Assembly (NCBI GenBank): GCA_012295275.1 | Contig: CM022667.1 | Span: 4,650,001-4,714,000, forward strand | DNA length: 64,000 bases | Origin: Chrysomallon squamiferum | Taxonomy: Eukaryota > Animalia > Mollusca | Reading direction: 5' to 3' | Position numbers and translations under genes: made by a program | Notes under the pieces: generated by a model | The model's input: only the letters and a program-made list of their open reading frames with translations | Told to the model about the DNA's origin: nothing | Databases searched by the model: none | Shown here: positions 35,609-50,751 of the stretch, in pieces | How positions within the stretch are numbered: the first letter of the stretch is position 1 | Layout of the letters: each line of letters opens with the position of its first letter

Positions 35609-37773
35609 TACAAACAAAAAATAAAAATTGGGACAAAAATTTAAGTCTTAACTTGATATAAAAAAATAAAGTCTTAAACGTCTAAGATGTCGACCTTAAT
35701 TAATATTCTATTTTAAATGTGGTCATAAGATCTATATTACATGATTAAAAAATAATGACTATTAAAAAATAAATATCTCCCTTCCAGCACTATTAACATT
35801 TTTAAACGAGTAACAAATGGCACATGCAGATGTGTGAAATATCAAAATGATAAAGAACAAACATATCACAAACAAAACATGAACCAGCCTCTCTCTGGTT
35901 TCTACTTGAAATCATTATGGCACTAACAAGTAAACAAAAATATCCTTCCTCCCTATTCTAAGCACACTGTATGGCTTAAAATAACATTTACAGTGATTTG
36001 AAGAGACTGTCACAGAAGTAAACATTTTGTTTTAAAACTAAAATACCGTACCTTCAGTTTTCTGAACTGTTATCATTGTTTTTTTTATTAAGTACTGTGT
36101 GACTTGATGGATGCAGCAATTTGTAAATTCATCTTTAGAATTCATCTTTTGAAATTTCATTTTGTTCTATATAAAAAAAAAGTTTTTCTTTCAAAGAAAG
36201 TCAAATTTGTTTTATAAAATATAAAAAATAAAATAGTAATAACGTTAATGAGATATAATAAAAATAACTGCAGCATAATAATAATAATAAAGGGTAATAA
36301 TAAAATAAAGTTCCATTTCACAACTGTAAACAAGTGGAACAAGGCACTAACAGTTTAAGCATTCATGTTTCAGAAATTAACAATAAACTAACACAGCCAG
36401 TTTATAAAATACTGTTTTCTTTCATCTCTCATTCTTTCTGGCATCATAATATCTGGTACATTTTAAACTTTATTTTGAAATATTAATTCTATTAATTCAT
36501 TTGTAAACAATTATTTTAAAAATCAGCAACAAAACACCCCCCAAAAAAGAAAAATAGAAAGAAAAACAAAAAAAAAGCAAACATAAACATTTCTATTAAT
36601 TTACATAAATATTTTCATAATTTAATAAATAAGAACAATTCAGCAAATTTAAAACTGATCAGTTTAACAATAAAATTGTTTAATAATATCCTAAAATTAA
36701 ATACATTTTATATCTGCATTTTCATTTTAGTTCACATCAAAAATGTTTCCTGATTTAAAAAAAAATTCAGTTAAACACATTAAAAAACTAATTATATATA
36801 TATATATATATATTTCTTGAAATATTTTTATTAAGCTTGGGTTGTGGATGGTTTTGATTTGACAGGCACTTTTCTGAAGCTGCTTGTGTCTGAGTTAAGG
36901 CTGGGTGAACACTGGCTCATTTTAAAGTTCAGCTATCACGTGTACAGATATTTCATTTTAAAAATGGACGGGATGGTAAAATGGACGGCTATCACTGTTT
37001 TGACTAGGAGAGAAAAAGTTACAAAAAGTATTTGTAAACAGAACAGACTAAACAGAAAATAAATTAAAATAGCGTGGACGGAATTTCACAATGTTCTACA
37101 CTGTGAATTCATATTTTAATCAAAGACCGATCACAATCACAGATATTCTTAGCATTTGCTCGAGAAGATGACAGATGGTCTAGGTATCTGTTATGTTAAG
37201 GTTTACAAATCAATTTGGTTTCTTTAAAATCAAATCACCCCAATAAAAATTGGTGTCCTAATTCTTTTTCTAAACTTGTAAAAGTACATTTTGTAAAAAT
37301 GAAAAAAATAGTTAGGTAGTAAAAAGTAGTAGAAAAATGTAAACACATTCCAAATACATTTTCAAACAATTTCTCTGCATGGTAAATATTTTGAGATTCA
37401 CTTGTTAAAAACAAAACAAAAAACGTTAAAGTGATTATAAAATGTCCAGATCTCTGTATAAATATATCACTGACATAAGAAAAAATGTTAAAAATAAATA
37501 ATGATGGTTTTTTTTTTTTTGGGGGGGGTAAACCATCCAGAGAAGTATAAATATTTGGCACCAAATGCTTGTATCAGTTCTCAGTCTACAATAGTCAGTA
37601 AAATGTATCATCCAGTAGTTACTGTTGAGTTTTAAACTAAAAAAAACCTAAAACGTTATTCATCATCAGATTTTTAAACTAATGGTTGTAGATAATTTAA
37701 TTTACCTTCCTCATATATTATTATAACCACTGCACATATTATATAAATGATTATTTTTTTTAAATAACATTGG

Positions 37774-37847
37774 TAGGTATACATGTAATTTACATTTTTG
37801 AAATAAAACTGCTAGGTATACATGTAATTTACATTTATAAAATAAAT
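37774..37847. repeat. Two-copy 39-bp direct repeat
   Basis: TAGGTATACATGTAATTTACATTT occurs at 37774 and 37813. Confidence 0.8.
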
Positions 37848-38519
37848 TATTTTACTATTAAAAGCAAAGATTTCAAGCTCTATCTGCTTTAAGCTGTTTT
37901 AAACAAGTTCTATGAAGTATTCTAGTGATGGAGCAGACTACTCTGATACACAACAAGAGAGCTGTAGAGGATGGAATATTAATATTTTAAAAGTGGTATT
38001 AGTTACTTTGTGCAGATCATTAACAATTTATCAAATACGTCTGTTCTACATTTTGTGTGTGTGTGTTTATCATGGTTCTTTTTATTCCTACCAATTTTAC
38101 ATTGCATAGTTGGTTTTGCAACTTATGGACAATATAAAAAATTGTACCACCTAATCTATAGCAGTTTGACTTTGGTAGGAAGCCATTATCAGAATGTGAA
38201 TACCAAGACTTTTGAAAAATTTTGGGGGTTTTATTTACTTTTTCTGAAATTTTTACATCTTTCGAGAATTCTTTGTTTTGCAGCAGTACATTGTAAAATT
38301 TGTTTTTGTTGAGAATGTAGTAACATTTTCTTATTTATCTGACTCATTCTGTGTATGACACTTTGATTGTCATTTACAAAAATGACAGAACATTGAGGTA
38401 AGTGAATATACATGTATGTGTACATTATCAATAACATACTCTGCACAGACCAAAAAAAAAAAAAAAACCACTGAAGAAGACAGGTCTTATAACAGTGCCA
38501 TTAACAAAACAATATATAT

Positions 38520-39000
38520 TTCTGTACAATACATACACCACATACATGTTCTCTGTACAATGTAAGAACATTACTGAATATATTCATTTTGTTCAATATT
38601 AAGAACACATAAATGTTCTTTGTACAATCTAAGAACGTATTACTGAATAGATTCCTTTTGTACAGTATTAAGAACACATACAGTTGTACATTTTTTCTTT
38701 TTTTTTATTATTACAACATACAAATGTACATGTTCTTTATGAACATGGAAGGAAATTAAAAAATATACCTGTTTTAGTTTTTGTTTTGTACAATGAAAGA
38801 ACACATCAATGTATGTGTTCCTTTTGTAAAAACATACAGTTCTGTAAAACACAGCATCTACATGATCCTTTAGTACAAGAATTTCAAACACACTGTACAA
38901 TGTAGTAACATTGCAATGAGAATTGTACAATGTAAGAACATACTCTTGAACAGCTACTTTTGTACACTATGCAAGTGGTAACAATACATTACTGTACAAT
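38520..39000. repeat. Degenerate tandem repeat with a TGTACAAT...AAGAACA core
   Basis: Repeated ttgtacaat/ctgtacaat followed by aagaacac/aagaacat at irregular spacing of roughly 30-60 bp. Confidence 0.6.
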
Positions 39001-39087
39001 AACACATTAGTGTTTTTATTTTGGTACTGCATGCCAAAAAATAAACACTTCAATATTATACATAGACTTTATGTACAGAGTAATAAT

Positions 39088-39124
<37 letters not shown>

Positions 39125-40687
39125 TATTATATAATCATTTATAAACTAAAATATTTTTTAAATGGTCTCTATGAAATAAAAAATAAAAACATTCATTACA
39201 CTCTAAGAAACAACAAAAAAACCCACATAAGAATAAAAATCAATAAATAAAATAAAAAGAATAAATACAGGAAAATTATTTTTCTGTTTACATTATGACT
39301 AAGAAAGTTATTTATGAAACTTTGAATATAACAGTAATAATAACTTGAGATGATGTTAGTGGACCTCTACAAAACATTAAACATTTTATCTTTTCTCTTT
39401 TTAGTCTTGGAATCAGCTTAAACTAAATAAATATTCTTTAAAGATTAAACTTTTTGTAATAATAATTAAAAAAAAAATATTTAATAAATAAATGTAAACA
39501 TTGTTCACAGAATAAAATTTCAGTAATTTAAAAACAGAAAAGAAAGCAAATTAAAGAAATGAATGAACAAAAGACATTTCGAGTAAAAACATTTTTTCCA
39601 AGCTAACACACAACAGAATGACAAACCTTCTTCTTCCCAAAACGGTATCACAAAATGACTTATCACATAATAGCAACTGGTTGCTAGGACAACCAGTCAG
39701 TCTATTACATTTTGCAGAGCAAACATTATTTGTGATCATTTCAATTCTTTATTATTACTTTTTAGTTTTATCTTGTGCCAGTACTTTAGAAAGTTTCTGT
39801 TACTTATTTCTGACAACTGATAAGTTTCTTTATATCTGCTGGATCACTAGGTGCTTTATGTTTGACCCACTGTAAAGTTTCTAACCAATCAGTGACTTCA
39901 TTTAAACTGACCAATGATGACAGGCTTTGCAAAATAAGACAAGAAGTCTTATTGACAGTTATTTTTAGCACCTGTAATGTCCTTTCTGATTAGTAAAGTT
40001 AACCCATGTGGATGAATATATATATATATATCAGTAACATCGAAATTTTTCTGTCAACAATCATTATTAAATGATCTTCTTAGCCATTATCATTATCATT
40101 ATTTTATCTTATTTTATTTATTTTCTGTCATGCATTGCAAACTGAGAAACATGTGGTCCCTGCCGAAAAATTCGTTTTCCTCTCTTCACTCATTTATCAC
40201 AAAGATTCCTAACTTTTACATAAATATACTGACACTGTCAAGAGCAACCCAAAACCACTGACAACTAGAAAAGAAAGTCTGTTAAATATTAATATACTTA
40301 AAGAAATAATTTGTAGTTTTCAATTCATCGAAAATCAAATACAAATAATTAATACAAAATTATTTCGGGTATTTTTTTTTTTAAATTGAAAACAGAATCT
40401 GGATGTTAAGGTGCTGTCATGGTTTCTTTTCTTTTCGTCATTTACTTTTTATCTTTTTAAAAATGTTTTTGACAACTTTTTTTTTTTTTTTTTAAAGGAC
40501 ATATTTGTTGTCAATTCTTATCCAGTCATAACATGAAAATGCCAGTCATTATTAAAAAAAACAAAAATTAATAATAATAAATAATAATAAATAAATAAAA
40601 ATAAAAATAATGTTTTAAAACGTGGTTGCTAACGTTAACTTTCACTAAACACGTAACTTCACCTGAACTTTTCAACAGCAGATTAAG

Positions 40688-42083
40688 CTATGTGTACTGG
40701 CTGATGTGACTGTAGTTGCTATGGTAACTGCCTATTGAGGCGATGTCGGCCTGAACTTCTGGGTCTTGGTGCAGCTCGTCGATCTCCTCCGGCTGGACTC
40801 GCCTGTGGTCAGACCGCAGTGACCGGGCTGACCGGTTGCTCTTGTTGGATCGGGTTGATTTCGAACTCTTTGAGCTGTTGGCTCGGGCGCTCTGTCTCTG
40901 AAGGAGGTTGCGGCTGATGGTGCGATGGAGGTTCTTGCTACTGGAGGCAGCGTGTGTGACAATCCAGGGATGTTTGAGACACTCACACGCAGTTTTGCGC
41001 TCGTTTGGGTCGAGTAGCAGAGTCTTGTCTATGAAGTCTTTGGCTAATGAGGACACATCCTTCCAGTGCTGAAAACACAAAGATTGAAAACATTCATTCA
41101 AGATGGTGATTATAATACTAAAGCATTTCTAGTACTGAAAACAGAACAATATAGTCATCACAGCAAATATTCAAGTTATTTCATCATTCCAGTGCTGAAA
41201 ACACAAAGACTGAAAATATTTATTCAAGTCAGTAACAATTGGTGTTATATGCTATTACAACATTTCCAGTAATGAAAATTCAAAATTCAGACATACTGGC
41301 AAACATTTTAAGTTATTAAATCATTTCTGATGCTTAAGAGAGAAAATTTAGATATTCTAGGAATGATTTTTAAATCTTTATCAAGTTAATAATTATGTTA
41401 TTAAATGATTTCCAGTGCTGAAAAGAGAAGATTTAGATCTAGTCAAATTTAAATATTTATTCAAGTACCAAATAAAGAGTATTACACTGCTTAGAACAGA
41501 AAATTTAGATGTTCTAAAATGCATTTTAAATATTTATTCATATAAGCCGTAAACAGAGTTACATTTATTGTGTTCCAATTCAGAAACCTGAAAATGTAGA
41601 CACTGAAGGATTTAAAGTATTTAGTTAAGTACTAATTGGTATAATAGTGCTTTAACCTCCTCTAAATGCTGAAAACAGACAAATAACATATCTGTACTAA
41701 CTTAATAAATAAACATTTTAAATATTTAAATAGGCTACCAGCAACCCAGTTATTTAATGAGCTAAAACAGACTGTTAAATATTAATCAGATTAGCACAAA
41801 GTAGAAGGGTGTCAGTTTAAAATATTTTTATTTGTCTGGATCTAGTCAAGGGAATCCAGATCAGATGAACGTATTCTTTACTAATAAAACTATTTTAAGA
41901 AATCAATACAGAAAGAAGATTAAAGATAATCAAGCAGATTTGTAAAAAATATTTAAATCGATAAAGTCTCAGTACATACCAGTACATTTACATAATAAAA
42001 TCTGACATTTAGAAATAATTAGCTCAAATAAAATATTTCTCTTACAATAATCCTATGAATTTGCTGAGTTTGTTAAGCCATCT

Positions 42084-42124
<41 letters not shown>

Positions 42125-44128
42125 GATATCTGCTATACAATAAAACCAAAATCTGGAGAAATATTTTCAGTATGGTAATAAAAGAATTGTAATGCTATGA
42201 ATATTTTTACATAATGAGGCTTTGTTAAACCAATGAGCTTATATTACAAAAAAAAAAGACATTTATTATTGTATCAAAGCCCGCTATCAGCATAACAAAG
42301 CGACATTATGTAAAAATATTCTCAGCATCACAGAATAAAACCAGATACGTTATAAAATCATGCTATGTAATGAAGCCATGTATGAAGAATAAACACTGCA
42401 AGTACACTAAACCACATACGTAATCAAATCAAACATACTAAAATGACCCATGTACCCTCAGCAGCATAATAAAAGCATTAATTGTACTAAATTACTAAAA
42501 TACGTTACTTAAATAATATATGAAAAAGTCTGTTCTGTAAATACATGCATAGAAGTATCTGCACTAAGTGTATTTTGTAGAAAGAGGTAAATCTGCAGCA
42601 GCCTTTGTCTGAGGTTTCTAGCTAGCAGCAGTGGTTGTATCTTTTGTCTGAACAAGTAAAGTAGGTAAAGTTTCCATGCACCATCAATAGGACCTAGTTT
42701 TCATTGCCCAGCTAAAAATAGCGAGAAAAAGCAGAGGAATAAGTTGATAAAGAAAGACTGGTTGTTCCACAGAAGATAACCCGAGTGAAGTAGAGAAGCA
42801 GGCCTGTATTGGTGTACCCACAACATGGCTGCAGTTGTTTCTCCAAAATAATCATTAAAAAAAAAAAAAAAAAAAAAAGAAGTCTGTAGCTATAATGTCC
42901 AAACAGTAGATGATTATGTAAAAATTGGAATAAAAAAATAATGTTTTATCAGATATACAAACGAAGTTGATCAGAAACTGTGATGACAAAACATTAGAAA
43001 GAGAACAAAAGATTAACTAAAACAGTTAAAAATATTATTATTTTTTTTTTTAATCAGAATCAGAAAATATGTAACAAAAAAACTCAAAAACAAAAAAAAA
43101 CCACAACAAAAACAACAGAGTGTAAAAATATTATCAAAATAAAAACAATGAAACCTCCATAAATTCATAAAAACAAAACTTAAAATTAATATTACCAAAG
43201 AACTTTTTTTAAGCTTATCAAAAACTATTTTACAATGAAGGAACTGTATGAAATAAAATGAAAAAAAAAAAAAAAAAAAAAAAAATCTAAGCTTGTATCT
43301 AAATAAATATTAAAAAGTGGAATTAGGTTAAAGAGATGAATGATGTAAGAGTTCACATAAACACACAGACACTGATGAAATGTTCAGAACAAGAACAGAA
43401 TTACATTCACTGACACTGTTAGGCATAACAAAATATCATAAAACATTTTTTTAAACTTTTAAAGAGAAAATAAACAATAAACAGTATAAACAATTTAATT
43501 CAACCATTAAAAAGAATAAATAAAATAATATAAATATATAAGAATAAGAATAATAAAAGCAATTTTTTTTTTTTTTTATAAAAATTAACAAATTTGAAAT
43601 GAACTATTTAATCACTTACATTTTACTGAATTTTCATCAAGTTAACTGAATAAGAGATATTGAAGAATTAATCAAAGAAAACTTACTTTATCTATTTGTG
43701 AATAATACTGAAACTGTTTTTTGGAACTAATGATGTGAATCTTTTTACATTTCAAGTATTTTATAAAAAAAACTTGCAGTATACAACAGAGATATGAGGA
43801 AGAAAAAAAAAGTTTAAAGTCTGATAAATAAAAAAAAAAACAATGTTAACTACTTTCTACTGAAAAATTAAAGATTAAAAGATTAACATATTAGAAAATA
43901 AATTTAAAAACAAAATTAAAAACTAAAATATTAGAACAGCAGTCACCCAAACTTTAGAACAAATATTAAACTTTTATAACTGACAGATTAAAAACCAATT
44001 CAACTTAAGTGAATTAATTGAAGCTAAATGCTTCTCAGACACCTGAAAGTCAATTCAAAAACAAAATTAGCCACTGAAATACTAAAACGACTGCATCCAT
44101 GACTGTTAAAATGACTCAGATTTAAGCG

Positions 44129-44176
<48 letters not shown>

Positions 44177-47100
44177 GTATGATTCACTGAATGAAGAAAG
44201 ATAACTGAAGAGAAGTGCTGTGGCTTTGAGAAGCTTGGCACAGTCTGCAGATCACTAGATCCACTTAATGGTGCTGCTTGTTCGTGGAGATAGCAGAGAG
44301 AGGTCAAAGGGCACAGTGTACTGCCAGAGGCAAACTGTGGCATTGGGTTACACCAAGTGAATCAAACTCTCAGCGAGTGGGTGGAAATGTCTTGCTATAA
44401 ATTGGTACTATGAGCCAAAGAGCTAGATTAGTTTTTTTTTCTCTCCTTATGCAATTAGCAACTAAATGTTTAACGCATGTGAAGGTTAAAGTATAAACAA
44501 TTGTTGCATTGATACAGATTATGTTCTATGAGATGAAGCTGTGAAGTGCATATGATTAAAGTTATATTTTTAACAATTAAAATTTAAACAACTGTTGCAT
44601 TAATACAGTGTGAGATAAAGCTGTGAATTGGATATAATTGAAGTTATGTGTTTGAAACAACATTACAAATTACAGCATTATTAGGTTAATGTCAAACAAA
44701 TGAATGTTCCAAATAAGTGAATTTTATTCTTCTTTATTGCTTGATCAACTATATTAACATTATCAGATATAAACAAAACAAAGCAAAGCAAAGCAAAGCG
44801 AAAGTAATGAAATATACATTAATACCAGACTTAAACTGTGCTATGGACTTTATTATTCAGACTATGTTTCTGGTGTTTATTATGCTTTAAAACTGTAATA
44901 TAACAAAGATGCCTCTTGTACAAGACTGATACTCTATTTCATACTACAGAGTTGATGTTTGTCTATTATACAAGTGACTGTTCTCTTTGATTTGCATATA
45001 TGTAAAGTAATGGTTTAACCACATGGATACAATACATGCTAAACTACTCCATTTGTATGTAACACATGTAATATACTGGTTTATACAGTATGTGCCAGAC
45101 CATTTCATTTGTATGTAATAGATGGAAAACACTGGTTTATACAATATTTTTTAAGATTGCTTTACTTGTAGGTCATATATGTAAAATACTGGTTTATACA
45201 ATATGTGCCAAACTGCTTCACATATATGAAATTCATATAATATACTGGTTTATACAATATCTGCCAGACTTTGTGTGTAATTTATGTAAAATTCTGGTTC
45301 ATACAATATGTGCACGATTGTTAACACTTGTATCTAATATATGTAAAATACTTGTTTACATTACATGGATACAATACATGCTAGACTGCTCCACATATAA
45401 TTTATATAAAATACTGTTTTATACAATATGTGTTAGAATGCTCTAATTGTATGTAATATGTAAAATACAGGTTTATACAATATGTGTTAAAATGCTCTAC
45501 TTGTATATAATATGTAAAATACAGGTTTATACAATGTGTTAGAATGCTCTAATTGTATATAATATGTAAAATACAGGTTTATACAATGTGTTAAAATGCT
45601 ATAATTGTATGTAACATGTAAAATACAGGTTTATACAATGTGTTAGAATGCTGTACTTGTATTTAATATATGAAGGAGAAAAACTGGTTTGTATTACATG
45701 GATACAATACGTGCCAGACTGCAGCACATCAGTAGAGGCAGGACATTTATCTACAGTTTATAGGATGGGTGAAACAGCTGAGATGCCAAAACAATGGGCA
45801 ACATCCTTCTTCTCCTCTGATAAAACTGGCTGTACGAGCTGGGTGAAGAAATTAAAACATTTTACACGTTAATTTTTGTGGCGTTTCCTATTCTCAAGCA
45901 CTGAATTATAAATGTTTTCTGGAATTTTGGTTGTTTATTATTCTTTCAAATGTAGGCATAAACACACACCAAATCAAGATAATCTGAAATGAACAGCGAT
46001 TTAATGTTTTCAAATCTCTTCATTGTAATAATTTTAAGAATCATGACATTAAAACTATATATATAAAAATACACACATATATTATAATATAGAAAAAGTA
46101 ACTACAGGATATAAGGGGGAAAAATAAGTATATTTTGAATATTTATATACTATATATTGCATAATTTTTGTTCATTTTATTTTAAATGTGTAGAAAATTT
46201 ATTTCAAGACTTAAACAGCTGCCAAGTTGAATTTAATTGGCTGGGCAATTGTAACTTTCAGATTGTGTAATAAAATTAAAATATATGTTCACTTTAATTG
46301 GAATCCTTGTGGCATCAATCTGCAACATATGAATAGAAAGATCATAAATAAAGTTTTCAACATCAAACTGGCAATAATGTTTCTGATTTTATTTTTCTGT
46401 ATTCCATAAAATATGAGGTGCCAAGCTTGAGTTTAGCACTAATTGGATGATGAATGAAATAATTAAGCATCAACTAGGTTAACCAATAACAGTTTTTTTT
46501 CTTGTTGGCATCTCTTCTTTGTTTTATAAAAGTGCTTTACATTATAAAACACTGGCTCAGTGGATGATTGGTGCTCATATTTATCATTTTCTTTTCCAAG
46601 TTTGAAAGGTGAATCAGTATTCTTTTTTTAATTTAAGTATTTGCTGTTGTTTTTTCAATTAATATTTTATGCTCATTATTTATTTTACAGTTAAAACATT
46701 ATTTGTTTAAGATTAACTTTGCACTTAATCTATGTAATATATAAAATGTTTCTAAGAATTAAAGTTAGTTTATCTTTAACCAAGTGCTTGAAAGGAAGGT
46801 CCAGTCAAAAACAAGTTTTCTGTATCATTCATTTATTATGATGTGTACTTAACTGAAGAAATAAATATATTATAGGACTGTAAAATTATATATTTTTTAA
46901 AAGAAAACGAATATTTAACTACATTTCAAAATATTATTTTTCTTACTCAGTAGAACTTTCACGGGATTCTATTCATAAGCAGTAAAGAAATTTGTACAAG
47001 CACCTTCTCCCAGGCATGAAAACAAATAGCACAGTGTTTGACAAACAAAAGACATATCACTGCCAGAACAGAAAACAGTCTGCCGGGAGTGCTGAGAAAC

Positions 47101-49913
47101 ACTGCTTTTCATATCATTTAGTGGAGAGAAAAAATTCAGAAGTGAATAAATAACTACATGTTGAATGTGGGATTGAAAAGGTGCGTCATATTTACAACAT
47201 AGGAACATTTAACAACAGTAAAAGATCTGTACAAGTTTCCAGTCTTATCAGACAACATGTCGAAGTTTCCCATGATAGTATCTCCTGTCGTTAGTTCATC
47301 AATTACCTTCTCAATAATTAAATCATGAAGATGTGGATTCAGTTTATAAATGAAAGATTAGAGATTTATTCTGTATATATATATATCATTTATGATCAAA
47401 GACTGATCAGGATGAAAATGATATAGGTTTGGATAGTCAGACACTGTAGCTATGATACTGCAATATGCAAAAAAATATTCTCTCATTCAATTTGGTTTAT
47501 ATACATTAAAAAAGTATTAATTAATTGTGTTATAAAATTAAAATAAATATACTTTTTTGTCTTTTATTATTATTATTATTATTATTATGATCATCATCAT
47601 CATCATCATCATCATTTTATTTTTTTGGATGATTGATTTTAACTCAAGGACAGTTTCACAAAAGCAGCTGACATTACAGCAGGATTAACTTGGACAGTGA
47701 AGAAGATTGGATGAACTCTCTAAGCTCCATCAAAAGATATTGATCAGTGGAGAAATGCCTCACATTTGTCAGTACAGGATGTGCCATTTTGCTGCTTGCA
47801 AAGAGCAATGATCAACAACATCCGACAGAGATCAATATCGATTGTGTTACCTCAAGCAGAGGTTTAAATATTTATAAGTTACCTGTCCAGTGAAGTCCTG
47901 CTTTTGTTCACCAAACTTATGTTGCCCACAATGCTTATTCTTTTGACTTGTTCATAAATTTTTAAATATAAAAATAAAACAGCTTAGAAGGAAGATGCAT
48001 TGATATACAATAATATTAATAATAATAATAAGAAGAAGAAGAAGAAGAAGAGGAAGAAAAGCAGCAGCAGCAAAACCAATCAACAACGTTGTCATTCTGA
48101 CACTTGAGATGCTAGGTTAATAGTATTTGAGACTAATACAATAACACATTTAGTTCAACAGGGCTTGTTTAGATGAGAGATAAAAGATGACAAAGCAAGA
48201 GAATAATTATGATACCATGGAAACAAATGGTATTGACAATGACATAAAGAAACAAACACATGGAACAAAAGAAACAACATGTCTAATTCTGAAATGTTCT
48301 TGAGGATATGATTAAAGCAGTGAATTAATAGATATTTAAATAAACGTTATTATTACTGTTTAATCTTGGTTTCTTTTAAACTGTAATTATTTCTGTTCAG
48401 TGATGGTGGAGTTCTTTATGTGGTTTTAAGTATTTATCTGAAGTATTTATCTGCTGTTAAAAACATGACAAACTCTTTATTAACATCACTTGTTTCATTA
48501 GTTTTGAAATATTAATAGAAGGAAAAAAAATCAAAAATCTAAATCACAACTACATACCATATAATTAATAGACACATTTTAAGAAAAAAAAACAAAAAAA
48601 CAATAATAATAATAAGTGAGTTTTTTTGTTTTTTTAATTCTTTTTGTTTCTGGTTTTTTAAATGTTGAATATTCCACAAATTAAAAAAAAAAAAAACTAC
48701 AAAAGCTGCCCCATTTAGAAAATCTCATTACAATACATGCAAAAAGGGATATGTACTCTTTGTACTTTGACTAGCATTGACTATTGGCAGTATTCCATTG
48801 GTATTGTCGATAGATTGCCACTCAAACAAAGATCTTTAGAAACCATCCTACAAACAGTGGCCATGCAATGCCAAGCAACCGCCATAATAACTGAGATCGC
48901 AACCTGCGAGAACCACCACAATCAATACTGTTGATATAGTTCAGCACTTGACAGAAATGAAGATTAAATGACAAACACAGAAATAAGCAAGAAAAGCAGA
49001 ACATACTTTCAGATAATAGTTTTGGCACTTGTTGCCTTATTTTATTTTACTTACTAATACTAATGTGTGTGTTTTTTTTCCTTTCATTATTTTATTTATA
49101 TAATTTGTTGTTGTTGGTTTTTTGTTGTGTTTTTGTTTTGTTTGTTTTTTTCATTTTCTGAAACTATCTGATAGTGAGAAAGACAATGCTTTCCCTTTTT
49201 AAAAACAAATTTACTCAGCACTGGTTAACATGTTTTATTGTATTCCTACACACACTCCAGACTTCTGAAAACATCAATTATCCTTTAAGTGTTATTTCTT
49301 TTTTCTTGCAACAATTATTATTTTACCAAAATAAGAATCAAAACAAAATACTCCAAACAATGAGACGCAAAGATTGTGCTAAGTTTGAAATGTATTTTTC
49401 ATTTTATGGACCAAACAGATAAATTAATAATCAATCTTTTACAATTTATTCCAGGTTTTCTTCAGATCTGTTTTTATTTTAGTAAATATACTCTTACAGT
49501 GTTTGATATTGTTGTCTTATAATATCAGTAAAACACAAGACATATACATACATATACTAAAGAGACGAGAACTCTTAAAGGTAAACATCACCACATTCTG
49601 GTTTCACTGAATATTATATTAATCTTGAAATAATCTCAACAGTCTGCTTCAGGTATCATTTTATCTCTTCATAATTTAGACACATGAATTTTTGATAAAA
49701 AGGAAAAAAACAAAAACAAACCCCAACAAATTACTGTTTTTTTTTATTATGACTTGATTTATGTACTTTGGTATACAATTACAAAATTAAGTAACCGTAA
49801 TCTTTGAAGATAATATTAAAAATTATTTTAAAAAAAATCTAATTATCAAGCCAAAAATCAGTTGTTGGCTTAAATAATTAACAGCATCTATTAACACATA
49901 TAAAATAAAGTAT

Positions 49914-49948
<35 letters not shown>

Positions 49949-50666
49949 AAAATGTTATCTGCTCCAGTGAATGATGGATTATATATCTAAATGAAATGAA
50001 GCCAGTGTTAAAAATTTAATGGCTGGATATTAACTTTATTTTCTAATTATCTACAGCTTGCTTTACCAATGTCTAGTCATCACTTATCAGTAATGATTAA
50101 TAGCTGGAAACAAAACAACTGCATCAGAAATCTGATTTTCACAAAGGTTTTTGATCATTAAAGCCAATTAAATATACTTGTTTTTAAAACATTTAATTTT
50201 TATTTATTATGTTATTAGAAACAAAGGGAGAAATTTCATAATGAAACAGTTATAATGAAATTTCAAAATATTTTGATATAAATATGTATGTGTGTGTGTG
50301 TGTGTATGTGTGTGTATGTATATTTGTATTATGGTATGAGGGTAGAAATTAAGAATTCATTAATATGAATTACTCTTACGATTAGAAAAAAGAAAGGTCA
50401 CTTTTATTTTCCATTTCAAAATGGAAAACCATCAAAAAAACACACCCAAACACGACAAAACAAAATTTATAATCATTTATAGAACAATGGCTAAAATAAA
50501 AAAAAGAACAATGAATCTATTCTGAAATGGTACATCTCAAGCTTTATTAAATGATAAATATACAACTAAAAACAATACAAACTGATTTAAAACCCAGCGT
50601 CATGTGTAGGAATGAATTGAACATGGGAAGGAGGAGAAATAAGAATGGTAGACAATATAATAATCA

Positions 50667-50751
<85 letters not shown>

